Shown here in pieces: positions 14,136 through 26,581 of a stretch of 64,000 nt of DNA. The notes beneath the pieces were generated by a model. The model saw only the letters and a list, made by a program, of their open reading frames with translations, was not told the origin of the DNA and made no database searches. The position numbers and the translations under genes were made by a program. The DNA comes from Phyllobates terribilis (lineage: Eukaryota): NCBI RefSeq assembly GCF_046119375.1, contig NW_027362769.1, positions 359,786,001 through 359,850,000 of the forward strand, given 5' to 3'. Each line of letters begins with the position of its first letter. Within the stretch, counting starts at the first letter, position 1.

Positions 14136-14671
14136 GAGTCCGCACGCAGTCACGCACACACAAACATATACAGACATATACATACATACACGCATAAACA
14201 CATTTGAAACACAAAAATACATATAAACAGACATCACTCAATGACATCTGTCTGCACACACACACACTCAATCACACACACACACACACTCACACACACT
14301 CACCATCCCCCGGCTCGGCTCCAGTCCTCCTGCTCCTCTCCGATGCAGCAGTGTAGGCCGGGAGCGCACTGCGTGACGTCACAGCTAGGAGACACGGCCG
14401 TGCACAGGGCCGTGTCTCCTAGCTGTGACGTGGCCGGACCAGCACAGGGAAGTTAACTGCTGCAGTGTTGGCGCGGCCGAATAAGAAGAAGCGGCCGTGC
14501 GCCGCTGCTGGGGGAGCGGTCCGGGGGCCCCCCCGCCACTGTCTGCCGTTATGTGCCGCGGAGCCGCACATATAATGAGGGCAATCTAGCCATAGACACC
14601 CCGGAGCCCCCCTGAGGAGCGGGGCCCCGGGCGGTAGCCCAGATTGCCCTCATTATAATCCGCCTATGTGT

Positions 14672-14996
14672 AAAGTATATAGAGCAGCCTGTACAGTATA
14701 TAGAGCAGTTTGCACAGTATATAGAGCAGTGTGTACAGTATATAGAGCAGCCTGTACAGTATGTACAGCAGTGTGTACAGTATATAGAGCAGCCTGTACA
14801 GTATATAGAGCAGTCTGTCCAGTATATAGAGCAGTGTGTACAGTATATAGAGCTGTCTGTACAGTATATAGAGCAGTGTGTGCAGTATATAGAGCAGTGT
14901 GGACAGTATAAAGAGCTGCCTTTACAGTATATAGAGTAGTGTGTACAGTATATAGAGCTGCCTGTACAGTATATAGAGCAGTCTGTACAGTATATA
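14672..14996. repeat. 21-bp minisatellite
   Basis: Unit ACAGTATATAGAGCAG(T/C)(G/C)TGT, about 15 copies. Confidence 0.9.
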
Positions 14997-15575
14997 TGTA
15001 GCGCCCCGAGGGTTCGGTCGCTACAGAGGTATTGCATCTCACCCAGAGGTGCGATATCTCTCTTCCAGGTAAGGATGGAGTGTGGCTCAGGACCCTAACA
15101 CCCGCATGCACTACACCACATTTCCGGGGGACAGGGCGACAATGCTCCCAAGTGTGAGCACAACTGCCCCTGTCCCTGGCTGGAATGGGGGGAGGGAACA
15201 CCTAGAAAGGGGGAACCCGGTAGTGTGTGGGTGTGGGAGAGTAGATCCTGGGTGCACTGATGAGAGAGGTATAAAAGGTGGGAGCCATCTTAGAGACAGT
15301 GTTCCATCAGAGGGAAGAAGTGACAGAACAGGGCCTCTGTGGAGCTCTGCTCCGGAGGCGTGTCTAGCCTATGAGGCTCTGCCAGGTCAGAGAGTAGAGA
15401 AGAGAGAGGAGAAGACAGGGAGCAGGGGCTCTGTACGAGCTCTGCTCCACGGGCAGGCCAAGTCACAAGGCCTGGGCCTGGAGGAGAAGGAAGGAGAGGA
15501 GAGGAACGGAGGAGGCTCCAGGAGTGGAGTGAAGGGACCCCAGGGGTGCGTACCTGGGGGATCCGTTGAAGCATT
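14997..15575 (+). mobile_element. 3'-truncated LTR, family A
   Basis: Starts TGTAGCGCCCC and is homologous to the first ~600 bp of 19888, 54954 and reverse-complemented 42499-43712; TATAAAAG ~15270; 3' end missing. Confidence 0.8.
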
Positions 15576-15670
15576 CCAGAGTAATTACCTCATAAAGTGA
15601 CAGTGGTCAGAATTGTAAAAATTGGCCTGCTCATTAAGGCGCAATCCACCCTCGGGGGTAAAGGGGTTAA

Positions 15671-17530
15671 CATGAAAAATCCAACTGCCACAGGCGACTT
15701 AGATGGTCTAATCTGACCAGCAGCCAGGCTAGTCTGTATGTACTCCTCCAAGGCCTTTCTTTCAGGGATAGTCAGATTAAACAAGCGACTCTTGGGAAGA
15801 GTAGCTCCCAGAACAAACTAAATGGCGCAATCATAATCCCTACGAGGAGGTAATACTTGTTTCTCCTCCTCCTAAAAAACCCTCCAAAAATCTTGAATAG
15901 GTACAGGTAATTCCCCTTTTTCCACAGCCGCAATGCGACCATTGCAACATTTATGGTAAATTATTTAATACAACCAAGTCCAAAATTTCTTGGTGAGAGT
16001 CCATTGATAGTGAGAGGAAATGCAGCAACCTTGTGAGTAATACATTTCAAGGGAGTGTTATCAATAGCAATCACAGAAATAGGTGATGACAAAGGTTTGG
16101 ATTTCAATTTATGTTTTTCCAAAAACCCTTTATCAATCACATTAAGTGTTGAACCACAATCCACAAATACCTGAAATTCAATCAAATTTTCCTGCAAAGT
16201 AGTACTCCCTGAAAGAAATACTCCTGCAGAGCGTAAACAAGCTATACGGGCGTACCTGACCTTTTTTTTTTTCTTTACTTAAACGAAGCTCACAATACTT
16301 AATCAAATGGTCAGCTTTACCACAATAAAGACACAATCCCTCGGCGAACCTCCGGTCTCTTTCCTGAAAGGGGAGAGACTTTGCCCTAACCTCCATCGGT
16401 TCTCCGCCGTCTGAGCAGATTTTCTGGGGGCTAGGACCTGGCATTATGGCAGTCTTTACCTCATTCTGCCTAAATCTCAGTCTCCTATCCACACAAACAG
16501 CTAATTGCATGGCATCCTGCAGAGTCTCAGGTGCGGGGAATGCAATTAGCAAATCCTTAACCCTTTCACTCAGACCAGCAAGAAATAGACATTTCAGAGC
16601 AGGATCATTCCATTTGACATCTGAAGCCCATCTTCTAAAGTGTGTGCAATAATTTTCAACATCACCTGACCCCTGATTCAAACACCTGAGTTCTGTATCA
16701 GCAGATGAGATTCGATCAGGATCGTCATATAATAGACCCATAGCAGAAAAAAATTATTCTACAGACCTTAAGCATGGATCATTAGGTTGGAGAGAAAAGG
16801 CCCACCCGTGTAGTTCATTGCGCAAAAGTGACATAATAAAACCAATGCGCTGTGATTCATTCCCAGAAGACCTTGGTCTCAAACGAAAATATAGCAAACA
16901 AGCATTTTTAAAGGAAAAAAAATCTTGCTGTTTACCATTAAAAACATCAGGCAGTCCTACCCTGGGTTCCACAAAATGCGCTCCAGAACAGCTTCTCACG
17001 TGTTGCTGGAGCTCGGCCACCTCCAGATACAATCCCTGCAAGCGTTGAACCAAAACTTGGATGGAAGCCATACTGATCCCCGAATTTCTTTCCTTTAGTT
17101 TCTTTGGGCTGAACTTACTGTTATGATCTGCAACAAGCACTAAGGAAAGAAAGGGGAAAGCTATCCCTACAGTAAGACTAAGCTGAATCCCTACGATGTA
17201 ACGGGCTGCCTGTTCTTTGTGAACAGACCCGCCTTAGTCCTCGGCTATTCTGAACGAAGACCAATAGAATAACGGGAGGGGTCCCTAAAAGAACTAAGGA
17301 CTGGAGCAAAAATGTTGCAGAACACAAAAAGATAAACTGACCAAAGGTACTAGAGGTCCCAGAAGGACCAAGCGAACAGACAGGGAAAGGCACCGAAGCA
17401 CCTCGCTAGCAAAACAGTCAAACAACACTGAAGTCCAGCACAGCCAAAAGGGCGGAGCTGGAATAAAAAGGCAGATGGTCACGTGACTGCAAAACACAAG
17501 ATGGAAAAAACAAACAGGAGGGTTCAAACA
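15671..17530 (-). mobile_element. Decayed Tf1/sushi-like Gypsy: 5' LTR, gag, protease, start of RT
   Basis: LTR 17530-17119 (TGTT...AACA). Gag has an in-frame TAA at 16756-16754 and a CLYCGKADHLIKYC knuckle. Protease FVDCGS and RT start [16 protein letters not shown]; truncated at ~15671. Confidence 0.85.
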
Positions 17531-17850
17531 AATGATGAGCAAACGTGCTCACCACTACTCGGTACTCGCCGAGCATCACTGTGCTCGACATGCTCGCGAG
17601 TATTTCCGGGTTGCTGGGGCGGGAGCTCGGGTCTCCTCCCTGCATGTTTGGCGCTATTTAGAGGGTCAAACAACATGCAGGGATTGCTTGCCACACACTG
17701 TAATGCAGTAGCCATGTTGGTTGTGGCATTAAAGTGACTGACTGGCTGCATAGCGTCATCGGGTCTATTAAAGACTCGTTGACGCTATGCTTGTCACAGT
17801 CTACCCCGGAAACAGGCAGAGTAGGGAGAGCTGCTGCTTTCCCTACTCTG
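17531..17850 (+). mobile_element. hAT-type terminal fragment (GATGAGC end family)
   Basis: Colinear with 59219-59520 (GCATGTTTGGCGC, GTTGTGGCATT, ATGCTTGTCACAGT, GTAGGGAGAGCTGCTGCT). Confidence 0.6.
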
Positions 17851-18429
17851 CCTGCTCAGCAGAAGTTCTAATTGCGCCCCCCCCCCCCCCCAAAAAAAAG
17901 TAAATAATTGTCGGGGTCGCAGAAGAGCAGATCTCACAACTTTCCAGCCATTACGTAGTAATTTTTCTCCTGCTGAAGTCCTAGATTCCTCTTTCATTGC
18001 CCCATAAAGTGTGATGCCAACAAAAGTGCCTCCAAAAACAGTATGGTACCCCCATGGGAATTCCTCCACATGCACAGTGTAATGACCCTACTGTACCCAC
18101 CTCCACTCCCAGGGCAAAGCATGCTGACCCCAAAACTGTTTGATCCCCCAACTTTGACCCCCACACAGCCCTCCATGCAGTATAATGGGCCTATATACAG
18201 TATAATGGCCCCGCACAAACCTTCAGACTCCACAGAGAATAGTGCACTCGCCATGGTCCTCCACACATTATAATGCACTCCCCACGGTCCTCCACACAGT
18301 ATATTGCACTCCCCATGGTCCTGTATGCAGTAGAATGTAGCCCCCCATGGAGTAAAAATGCAGCCCCCACCATAGGGTAAAAATGCAGCCCCCACCATAG
18401 GGTAAAATGCAGCCCCAGTCCTCCAGTAT

Positions 18430-18682
18430 TATCAGTACTCACTGATTAAACATTACCTCACTACCTTCAAGTCAACACTCACTGTAGCAAAACACACATA
18501 TTTCTCATCTCTCATATCCTCCCTGTCTCACAACCCCAAACAACTATTCAACACCTTCAATTCTCTCCCTCATCCCCCAGTGTCTCCTCTCTCTCCTCTA
18601 ATTTCAGCTGAAGACTTTGCCTCATTCTTCAAGCAGAAGATTGACACCATGAGAAAAAGCTTTTGCCTAATGTTCCCACAGC
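18430..18682 (+). mobile_element. L2 LINE copy 2, 5' segment (continues at 52385)
   Basis: Aligns with the reverse complement of ~6975-7230 (EDFASFFKQKID) and ends CCCACAGC exactly where 52385 (CCTACAGC...) resumes. Confidence 0.88.
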
Positions 18683-19207
18683 CAGAGCCGGACTGGAGTA
18701 CCTGGGGCCCACCAGGAAAAAAAATCAATCTTGGGGCCCACCAGCACCATGCAGTTACCGTATATAAGAATAACATAAGTCCACAAACTCTTTCAAATTG
18801 ATTCAACTTTATTAACCAATAAATAACCAATATAATGAATAAATAACACACTAAAGAAACACTCCTGGCAAAAGAGGAACACTGTTATCTTATTCACATG
18901 AGTGTGTGATAAAGTGCCATAACAGAACAATAACAATAAATACTTTCAAGGTACATTCTCTTAAAGTATGAGTGCCACAAATTGAACCTGCATCTATTTA
19001 GCAACCCAGCAGCCAGCTTCATTGTAGCAGCACCAAACTTGGCCCACTGGGAAAACTTAAAGAATTCTGTAAGCATTTTGGAAGTTTGTATTGCACGTTT
19101 TCCTCTCCTCTATAATACAGTACCATTCAATTGTTAGTGAAAGGCCCAAAACAACAAATAAACACACACTAACAGTCATTCAGCAGCAAAATTACAAAAG
19201 TTTTTTT

Positions 19208-19525
19208 TCAGAACAGAAGATGACATTGCATGCGTATTAATAATGTATCATAGTCTAAGTTCCTTGAAATGTCATACTCAATGTTCAACAGAAGGAGTGA
19301 CTCTAAAAGTTCCTGTCCAATCGAAGACCTCAGACGATTTTTTACAATTTTCAGCTTTGAGAACACTCTTTCACATGAAACCTGGGTGCAAGCAAGTGTA
19401 AGAAGTGTCTTGTAAACTGCAAAAATGTTTGTGTAAGCAGCAGAATGTAAATTGCAGTCATATAAAAGTCTGTAGCAGCAGGAAAGACAGTTTTTTTGCG
19501 GGACAAGTTGTACTTTCAGATGCAA
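19208..19525 (-). pseudogene. hAT transposase C-terminal dimerisation-domain remnant
   Basis: LLTLACTQVSCERVFSKLKIVKNRLRSSIGQELLESLLLLNIE matches the hAT C-terminal motif. Confidence 0.85.
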
Positions 19526-19887
19526 TAATTTATTTTACCATATAGTGTACAGGGAAATGGCAACAAAAGTTCCAAGTGCAGTAAAACTGCAAAAAAAGTG
19601 CAATTACACATTTGTTTATTGGGTTTTTTAGTCACCATGTTCACTATATGGTAAAGCCGACGTGACAGTGTCATGCCTCGGGTCAGTACGAGTTCGTAGA
19701 TACCAAACATATATACCTTTACTGGTATCTAAGTGGTGAAAACAAATTCACAAGTTTGAAAAAAAAAAATCACACTTTTCGCGCCATGTTCTGCAAACCG
19801 TATTGTTCTCATTTTTTTGGATCTGGGGCTGTATGACAGCTTAATTTTTGTGTCTAGAGCTGACGTGCATCTCTGCTGCTGTGTAGT

Positions 19888-20931
19888 TGTGGCGCCCCTG
19901 CGGGTTCAGTCGCCACAGAGGTACTGCATCTCACCCAGAGGTGTGGTATCTCACTCTCAGGTAAGGATGGAGTACGGCCCGGGACCCTAACACCTGCATC
20001 CAACACATTCCACTTCAGTGGGGGCAGGGCGAGATTGCTCCTAAAGGAGAGCACAGTCCCTGGTCCCTAGCTGAAGGGTGGAACTATGTAGTGGGTGTGG
20101 GTGGAGGACGTAGTTCAGGGAAGCACAGGAAACAAAGTGATATAAAAGAGGGAACCATCTTGGGAAGTGAGTTCAGCCAGTCAGAGGATGAAAGTGAGGG
20201 GAGCAGAGGCTCTGCAGGAGCTCTGCTCCGGAGGCGGGCCTAGTGAGAGGCCCAGGACTGAGAGAGGCGAGGGAGCAGGAGAAAGGCTCCAGGAACAGAA
20301 GGGATCCCAGGGGTAAGGGCAGTGCTGGATGCCACCCGTACGCCCGAATCTGCCAGGCGGTGAAGGGATCGAGCCGCAGAGGGGACCTGCTCCTAAACTC
20401 GTGGAGAACTACAAGGCTCAGCTAGGAACCGGAAGCTGCTGTACTTGTAAGGTGCAGTGGCCACATCCACAATTATATCGCTGAGAAGGTGGCCAGAGAG
20501 GGTCCAGGGGACTGCAAGTCGCCCGACAAGACCCGAGGCTACCGGATTGGGACACTGATTGCGAGGCGCAGGGCAGGAGGGCGAGAGCCAGTGCAGGAAG
20601 ATGACAGAGGAAGGCACATAGAAAGGGGTCCTCTCAGGCACAACCTATAACATCTACACTGCCCTGGACCTAAGCTCTACCTTTGGAGAGCCACACCAGC
20701 TTTGCTGCACTAACATCAGCTCCAGAGGACCTGCTCCGCATCGGCGGCTCCCTTTAGCCGCATACCACAGGTGGCATCACAAACTTTATATATAAACTAT
20801 AATCCCCTGTAAATAATATTCCCCTTTTTACTGACTGCCTTGGGTCATGGACCGGGTTGCCGCCACTGTGACATGTCCCCTAGCAACGACCGGCCCGGCA
20901 CCAAGTACCCCACGGCCCAGGGGGCGCGTCA
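19888..20931 (+). mobile_element. Solo LTR, family A
   Basis: TGTGGCGCCCC...GGGGCGCGTCA with 4-bp TSD TAGT on both sides. Confidence 0.9.
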
Positions 20932-21269
20932 TAGTAGTCACACACAGGGAGAGGCTAAACATCCAAGTATTTAATATGTATTGCAAATAAAGAAAGTTCC
21001 CATTCTTAATATCCAAAAAAACAAATGACTGACAAAAATCCACTATACCTAGAGAAATACCGCCACACCATGACCAGAACACATACCACCACATAGTGAT
21101 CAAATACTACCAAGTACAAGGTATATATACTGCCACACCATGAGAAGACCACATACTACCACCACATACATCCTGTCCGAATAATACCACATACAAGGGA
21201 CAAATACCGCCACGCCATGACCATAGCACATAATGGCACCATATAGTGACTGATAATGAAAATGTAAAA

Positions 21270-21590
21270 AAGCTCTGTATATAGAGTCAGTGTACAGATA
21301 ATGTAGAGATTATCAGTGACATTATACACAGGAGCTCTGTGTATAGTGTGAGTGTAGAGGTAATACAGTGATCACCAGTGACATTATGCACAGGAGCTCT
21401 GTATATAGTGTCAGTGTGTGTGTATAGGTAATACAGTGATCACCAGTGACATTACACACAGGACCTCTGTATATAGTGTCAGTGTGTGTGTATAGGTAAT
21501 ACAGTGATCACCAGTGACATTACACACAGGAGCTCCGTATATAGTGTCAGTGTGTGTGTATAGGTAATACACATACTCACCAGTGATATC
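21270..21590. repeat. 62-68-bp tandem repeat
   Basis: GTATATAGTGTCAGTG...CACCAGTGACATTACACACAGGAGCTCT recurs at 21401, 21469 and ~21537. Confidence 0.8.
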
Positions 21591-21723
21591 TCCAGGTGAA
21601 GTTCTTTATCTGCAGACCGATATATCACATCTTCTATGCAGGACTTATCTCTGCAGAAAATAACATAGTTAGATATAACTGATTACTTCCAGAGCCCAAT
21701 CCACACTTTTCCCAAGATTTCTA

Positions 21724-23433
21724 TGTAACATCCCTGGCGGCGTGCTTGCATAGTGCACCACCTCCCACTATGCAAGACCGCAATCTTACCTGTCAGTCCA
21801 GCCTGCAAACCTTGCTCCAGTTCATGCTGTATGCATGTCTCTTGACTGACTGCTTAGGGCGGTGGCCCGGTTACTTCCTGATTCTTATAGCTGCTGTGGG
21901 CGCACCCCTAATGCGTCTCCAGCCTATTGCTGAGAGTCACTGGATATTTAAACCCCCTCCACCCAGAAGGAGGGGCCTGAGCAACACCTTCACTCAGTTT
22001 GTCTTTGCAACTGAATTGCCAGGTCCTGTCCTGTATCTTGTCTGTTTCCGCCACTCTGGGGGCTGCATACCCAGACCTGATATCTCTGACTTCTAGTCTG
22101 TTTCCGCCACTCTGGGGGCTGTATACCCAGGCCTGTTAACTGTGACTTCTAGTCTGTTTCCGCCACTCTGGGGGCTGTATACCCAGGCTCTTTCTTGTAT
22201 CTCATTGCAGTAGCAGTTCCTGTCTGAACTGTATCCTAGCCTGTTACCTGTTTGTCTCTATGTCCGTACCTTCTCTTTTCCTGCAGTATCTGAACCTGCA
22301 CCTAACTCCTACTCGTTGTCTCTGTACTTCTGTTTGTGAGTTTTGTGTCCACTCGCTACTTCATAGTAAGTACCTTGTGTGTATCTGGTTCGGCTTGTCC
22401 CTTTTCTCTTCCTCCGTATCTTCTTACATTTGTTCTAGCCATCTTCCTGTGCTTTCCAGTCTGTTCCATGTGAAGAGAGCCCTGTCCTCTCTGCCTGCAC
22501 CTTCAGCCCTCTCTGCTCTGACTTGCTCACTGCGCCAGCAGTTTCTCTCTGCTCTGCCTTGTCCACCGCACCTGCGGTTTCGCTCTGCTCAGCCTTGTCC
22601 ACCGCACCTGCGGTTTCGCTCTGCTTTACCTCGTCGACCGCACCTGCGGTTTCGCTCTGCTCTGCCTTGTCCACCGCTCCGGCGGTTCCTCTCTGCTCTG
22701 CTTTGTCCACCGTTCCGGTGGTTCCGCTCTGCTCTGCCTTGCCCACCGCACCTGCGGTTTTTGCTCCGCTCTGCTTGCTCACCGCACCAGCTGTTCCTCT
22801 CTGCTCTGCCTTGTCCTCTGCTCCGGCGGTTTCGCCTTACTCTTCTTGACTACCGCATCTGCGGCTCTGAACCTGTCTCCCAGTCTGTACTGGACCCTAT
22901 CCAGCCTGCGCTCCAACCTGCTAGTACCTCCCTGTCTGCACTCCAGCCGTGCTTGCCAGTGCCCACCTGTCTGCATACCAGCCGTGCTTGCCAGTGCCCA
23001 CCTGTCTGCATACCAGCCGTGCTTGCCAGTGCCCACCTGTCTGCATACCAGCCGTACTTGCCAGTACCCACCTGTCTGCATACCAGCCGTACTTGCCAAT
23101 ACCCACCTGTCTGCATACCGGCCGTGCTTACCAGTATCCACCTGTCTGCATACCAGCCGTGCCTGCCAATACCCACCTGCCTGTATGCCAGTCTAACCTG
23201 CCTGTTCCTGCATTCCCCGGTGTGGGTCAACAACTGTGACCGGGTCTGACCTGGAGTAGCACCTGGTCCCTCTGCTCGGTCCCTCCTTGGTTCACAGAGT
23301 CGACTAAGCCGCCGTGTAACCTTGGTCGGATCGGGTTGATAATTAGTTATGCCCCTCCAGGCGCTCCTCGGTTCATGGTACAGTGGGATCACTAATCACG
23401 CTCTCGCCAGTCAGTCCAGGCGCGAGCGTAACA
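21724..23433 (+). mobile_element. Solo LTR (1,710 bp), family B, with internal 36-bp and 35-bp tandem arrays
   Basis: TGTAAC...GTAACA, 5-bp TSD TTCTA (21719-21723, 23434-23438); TATTTAAA box ~21944. Confidence 0.88.
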
Positions 23434-24016
23434 TTCTACACCGCATTAAATGACAAAAAAAAACCCATAGTGCCGCACTACACAATAACAGTGCTCCAGT
23501 GTCATTCTGTGCCTGCTCATCTCTGTCAGCAGACATATTTGTCTGATGGCAAAGATGTAGCAGAGCTGAAGACAGAGGACCTATGGATTACGTTGGAGTG
23601 AGGATTTTTCTTTATTAAAGATGGAGTCCCTAAATGAGTTTTATTTTTAATAAAAAAAAAATTCTGTCTTTTTTTTTTCTGTTTACTAGAAATTCATTGT
23701 GGCTATGTCTAATATGGCGTGACACCATGAATTTCGGGCTTAGTACCAGCTGATAATACAAAGCAGGCCTGGTAATAACCCTATTATTACCCAGGGTGCC
23801 ACTCACCACCAGGGCCGCTGGAAGAGCCGGGTAAATCACCTGGAAATGGTGCTATGATGAATGCACCATTTTCAGGGGTGGCTGCAGGCAGCGATTTTCA
23901 GCGTGGGGGCCAAGAACGCTTGGGCCTTACCATGCTGAAAATCCCAGCCCCCAGCTGCCTTGTTTTATCTGGCTGGTGATCAACATATGTCGGGAGCTGG
24001 GCAATGGGCATGATTA

Positions 24017-24543
24017 TCAAATAATATATACCTTACAGGAGCCCATAGATTCTGCTGCCTCGAATAATATATACCTGACAGGAGCCCATAGATTCTGCTG
24101 CCTCCAATAATATATACCTAACAGGAGCCCATAGATTCTGCTGGCTCCAATAATATATACCTGACAGGAGCCCATAGATTCTGCTGGCTCCAATAATATA
24201 TACCTGACAGGAGCCCATACATTCTGCTGCCTCGAATAATATATACCTGACAGGAGCCCAAACATTCTGCTGCCTCGAATAATATATACCTGACAGGAGC
24301 CCATAGATTCTGCTGCCTCCAATAATATATACCTGACAGGAGCCCATGCATTCTCCTGCCTCCAATAATATATACCTGAAAGGAGCCCATAGATTCTGCT
24401 GCCTCCAATAATAAATACCTGACAGGAGCCCATAGATTCTGCTGCCTCCAATAATATATACCTGACAGGAGCCCATAGATTCTGCTGCCTCCAATAATAT
24501 ATACCTGACAGGAGCCCATAGGTTTTGCTCCCTCCAATAATAT
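24017..24543. repeat. 43-bp minisatellite, left part (~12 units)
   Basis: Unit AATAATATATACCTGACAGGAGCCCATAGATTCTGCTGCCTCC; resumes at 49116. Confidence 0.95.
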
Positions 24544-25665
24544 CGTTAACAATCCCGAAGAGTAGGAAGAATGGGAAGCATTTAAGGAAACCAGGATGAA
24601 TGAACACAGAACTTAAACACATGCTAAAAAGAAAGGAAGAAATGTTTATCATATGGAAAGAGGGAGGCATATATATAGAAGATTATAATGCAGTCTGCAG
24701 ATCCTGTAGGGCACGTATCAGGTTAGCTAAAGCTGACAATGAATTAAGGCTTGCAAGAGATGTCAAAAGCAATAAAAAAGGATTTTGGGGGTATGTCAAA
24801 AGTAAAAGAAAAGTCAAAGATGCTATAGGATTTTTACAGGATGAAAATGGTGAAATGGTAAGAAAGGATGTTGAGAAGGCCGAACTTTTTAATTCCTATT
24901 TTGCATCTGTTTTCTCTCAGAAAGAAAATGTAACATTAACTGATCTTCACTGTCCTATTAAAGGAAAAGAAGAATCCAAGTTATCTGTAAACAGAGAGAT
25001 TGTGAAGGAATATTTAGCTAACATAAATGAGTTCAAGTCTCCAGGTCCAGACGAATTACACCCCAGAGTACTGAAGGAGATCGTAGAAGAAATTTTAGAT
25101 CCACTCTCCATAATCTTTGAAAATTCTTGGAGAACAGGAGAAGTCCCAGAAGACTGGAGAAGAGCAAATGTTGTTCCTATCTACAAAAAAGGGAAGAAGG
25201 TGGACCCAGGGAACTATAGGCCGGTAAGTCTGACTTCTATACCAGGAAAGATCTTTGACAAATTATTAAACAATATGTATGTAAGTACCTGGATAAGAAT
25301 GAAGTGATTAACCAGAGTCAGCATGGGTTTGTAACTAACAAGTCATGTCAGACTAACATAATTTCCTTCTATGACAGAATCACTGACTGGGTGGATCAGG
25401 GAAATGCTGTAAATATAGTATATCTTGACTTCAGCAAAGCATTTGACAAAGTATCTCACACCATCCTTATTGAAAAAATTACCAAGTATGGAATGGACAA
25501 GGCAACTGTTAGGTGGATTCATAACTGGCTTAGTGATCGGACTCAAAGAGTGGTCGTAAATGGCTTCACATCCAGTTGGATGAATGTCTCAAGTGGGGTA
25601 CCACAGGGTTCTGTCCTGGGACCTGTATTGTTCAACATCTTTGTCAATGATTTAGATGAAGGAAT
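24544..25665 (+). mobile_element. CR1 LINE, 5' segment (5'-truncated)
   Basis: [44 protein letters not shown]; stops at LDEGI, just before the FADD motif. Confidence 0.93.
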
Positions 25666-26581
25666 TAGAGATGAGCATTGTTCTACTCGAACTGTTCGCC
25701 AATCTCAAATTCGAGCTGTTTTGGGCGGTGTTCGAGCCGTTCGTCGAACACGAACGATTTGAGAAAAATTCGGCTGTTCGAGGTTATGTTCGATAACTGT
25801 TCGTGCACCAAAATCATAACTGGATTTTTTCTCAATAATGATGAAAATTAATGTTAATACGCAGTTTGAGTGTACAGCGGGGTGGGGGGAGGGGCAGGGG
25901 ATGGATCTCTGCAGGAATAATGAAGATCTCCATTTTTTTTTCTCTTTCCCGCATTTACAGTGGGGAGGTGCAATCTGTCAGCCTATCAGCAGCGCACACA
26001 CGGAGCGAAGTGCTTTTTTTCACACAAGCAAGGGCATGTGTCATTGGCAGTGTATGTCACATGTCCTTGCCCTATAAGACCAAGCCATTTTCCCCGTCGC
26101 CACCATTTTCTCACTGCTGCAGCTGCGTGTTAGACGGCACCGCTGTTGCTGTGTGCGCTATACCTTGTTAATTTCAAGCCAATTTTCGCACAAATCTACA
26201 GATAGCTTAGGAGTAGGGAATAGTTGTGATTGCAGTCCTTTTAAGGACTAGGTTACAGCATTTCCTACGACTTTTATCAGGCAGGTCTGTGCTCTTAAAT
26301 AGATAGGTTGTGGGAGTAAAGACTAATTGTAATTGGAGTCCTTTTCAGGACTAGGTTACATCAGTTCCTATCAGTTTTTGCCAGGCAGGTCTGTGCCAGT
26401 GCTGTGCAAGTTTTTTTCACAGCATTTGGCTGAATCTAGCAAAGCTAATCCTTTTTGGCCTATTGCAGAGTGTGTTAGTCAGTGGAGTAGCCTATCTGTG
26501 TTGCAAGATATACCACCTGTGTATAGAATACCAATTTTTTTACTGCACCTAGTGAAGTAAAATCTTTTGGGCATAGCATCA

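Noticed and set aside
14549-15201. Cys-rich or metallothionein-like ORFs
   Set aside because: Translation of the 21-bp minisatellite.
15082-15600. 172-aa ORF and similar ORFs in family A LTRs (42306-43719, 55040-55733)
   Set aside because: Not conserved between LTR copies; no recognisable motifs.
22260-23392. 329-aa and other repetitive ORFs
   Set aside because: They come from 35- and 36-bp arrays inside a TSD-flanked solo LTR.
19560-24010. A possible further nested non-autonomous element around the two solo LTRs
   Set aside because: The sequence looks repeat-derived, but no termini or TSD could be identified, so it was not called.
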